From Podarcis melisellensis (taxonomy: Eukaryota): a DNA stretch of 64,000 bases. Where the stretch lies: NCBI GenBank assembly GCA_964234715.1, contig OZ174280.1; one strand, 5' to 3'. The notes under the pieces were generated by a model. That model searched no databases and was not told where the DNA came from. It saw nothing but the letters and a program-made list of their open reading frames with translations. This document shows positions 61,775-64,000 of this stretch, piece by piece. A program made the translations under genes and the position numbers. The number at the start of each line of letters is the position of its first letter. Positions within the stretch are counted from its first letter, which is position 1.

Positions 61775-64000
61775 TTCTTTACTTGAACACTGTTTTCAAA
61801 CTTGCTTGAATCTTGCTTTAAGAGCTGCTACTGTAGTTCATTTTATAATGGTGATAAAATATGCCTTTTAAAACACTTTTGTGTTGAAAACAGTTTAAAA
61901 ATGGTTAATTCAAAAGCCTGGTTTAAAATATGAGTTAGAATTAGATGTGGCTTGTCATTAAGATAGATACAGTCAAAAAGATTTGCAACTGGTAAAGAAC
62001 CCTAATTGCAGAACAAAAATAGTAATTAAATGCTAATCCTAGCCATTTTCAGAAAGCATCTGGTGATCCCCTTAATTTGTCTTTTCTTACTGTCCAAAGC
62101 CATGTTATTTTTTAGAATCCCGTATACTAAAATTGTAAATATAAGTAAGAGGGCCTGTTGAATTTCTTTTCGGTTTCTTTTTCTTTTAGTTTTGGACCAA
62201 ATATGGGGAAATCATATGTGTTTTTTTAAAAAATTTATGATATTTGCTGTTTTGAATGACAGGCAATTGCTGTAAGCAAAAGTTTTAAACAGAGTATCCC
62301 CTTTATATTGAATAGTTCTTGTTTATTTGGTTGCTAATAAAGCAATGACCATCCTGAGGCACCCCAATATTAACCACACTACTTGGAAGTTGTCCCTTTG
62401 CTTTCACATTTTGGTGCTCCCTGTATCCCACACATGCTTGAAGGCGAAAAGGAACTGCACAGTATGCAGAGTGTGTGCAAGTGGGGCAAGAGGGACAGCT
62501 CCTTTCCCAGAGATAATGAGGAGCAACAGTATCTGGAAATCACGTACGTTATAGCTTATAATCGGTGGGTTGGATTCAATCTATGTTGCACTTAGGTCCC
62601 ACTGAAATCAATTTGAAAAGTTTAGTCATGATTAATTTTAATCCCATTGATTTTAATGGGAGACTGCAGAGTAATCCTTAACAGCTCCTGCAGGATCCAT
62701 CCTGATAATCCCATTTTGCGAGTTTTGCACTGTCTGTTCCCCTGAGCACAGCAGAAGCCTCCACCACAGCAAAACCAGGCAAATACATACTATCCCAGAG
62801 GGTTAGGACTGCAGCCTAACTTAAGTTGGGTCAAGCCTAGTTCATTTAGGGCTGAGGATTCAGATTATGTAGGTGCTGCACACATTTAGGTGTCTGTGTA
62901 TTTGCAAGTAATATGGGCATTTTGTATTTCCAGTACCCACAAGGGTTAAGAAATCAGATATTTGAAAGCAGCTATTATGGTAACATTCACTTGCCACACA
63001 ACTCTAGCTGCATGATAAAATTAATCTAGAAGCTTTGTAACAAAATTATTTATTCAGTGATTTGAAGTGTATGTTTTGAGATAGGTTGGAGGGGAAATTC
63101 TTATGATTATATTTTCTGCTAAAATTGTATAACTTGAACATTTCAACTCAATTATACGGTTTGACCAATATAAAAGCATACTAGATCTGTATTGTTTAAA
63201 TTTAATGTGTTGCTAGTGGCAGAAATGAGTTTTTAATAACTTGATTAATTTGGATAACAAAAACATACTGAAATGCTTGCACAACTGTTCTAATTGCACA
63301 TTTCATTAATTTAAAAATGGCATAAAAATATGGGGCTGGTTACTTAAATCTGTGGGGTTATTATTCTTTTCTTAAAATGTCCACTGAATAGGATCTGAGA
63401 AATGTGATGATGCATACTTATTAGTGCACTCATTAAGGTTTCTTGTGATGGTTGCTTCATAAGCTACCGTTTTAACTATGTTTACAACTATTATTTTTCC
63501 TATTTTTGTCTCTCTCACACAGAATAGGTTTTAGTGATATATTTTGTCTTTTAATTAAAATATAATTAAGGAACTGCAATTGACTTTGGCCAGCTGAACA
63601 TTTGTGCTTTCACTTCACCGGTGTTCTCAAGAAGTAGAAAGCCTAAGTGAAAATGTGCTGTATTAGGATGAGATTTTTTGCATTAAAATACACCATGTTA
63701 TTGAGATTAGTCGCAAAAACTTTGAAAGGTGCAGCTACTTTGTGGGGGGGAATCATGGCCAACTTTTCTCAGAGCGTGTACAAACCAACACATAGTCTTA
63801 TTCTAGAGAATTGGCTTTTCAGTTACTTCCCCACAGGGAAACCTTGATTGTCTGCAAAGAGAGCCCAGTATATCTGCCATAGAATCAGCTTGTTGCACAG
63901 GATTCTGGGGAGTATTTTGGTGTGCACTCACATAAGGGCTTTAGGAAGGTCTGTTGCAGCCCAGCTGCAGCCCAGCTGCAGACTGAGTACTCCATTCAGG

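Overview
Vertebrate genomic DNA, most likely a squamate. The repeat families resemble lacertid lizard repeats, but this is inference. The window holds the conserved TAL1(SCL)-STIL-CMPK1 locus. TAL1 (minus strand) has 3 coding exons (18983-18370, 16896-16805, 7819-7398; 375 aa), candidate 5' non-coding exons, a GATA/AP-1 promoter near 27.6 kb and a probable ~5.4 kb 3' UTR. STIL (minus strand) has 16 coding exons (49477-33218; ~1316 aa) and a non-coding exon 1. CMPK1 (plus strand) has 6 coding exons (52834/52954-61774; 196 aa, or 236 aa from an upstream AUG) and lies head-to-head with STIL. All three CDSs were assembled by hand with GT-AG boundaries and consistent phases. The rest is introns and intergenic DNA with LINE fragments (L1, RTE-X-like, CR1, L2, Penelope), tRNA-derived SINEs, hAT and Tc1/pogo-type MITEs, microsatellites and a 159-nt N gap. 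No new multi-gene system is evident. The best leads are RNA-level: (1) a Penelope-derived hairpin with a minimal hammerhead ribozyme motif in the TAL1 3' UTR region; (2) TAL1 5' exons ending in CAAATG that build a uORF or an N-terminal extension depending on splicing; (3) a presequence-like CMPK1 extension; (4) a re-splicing donor created at the CMPK1 exon 3/4 junction. Comparisons to human, chicken and Xenopus are from memory and need alignment.
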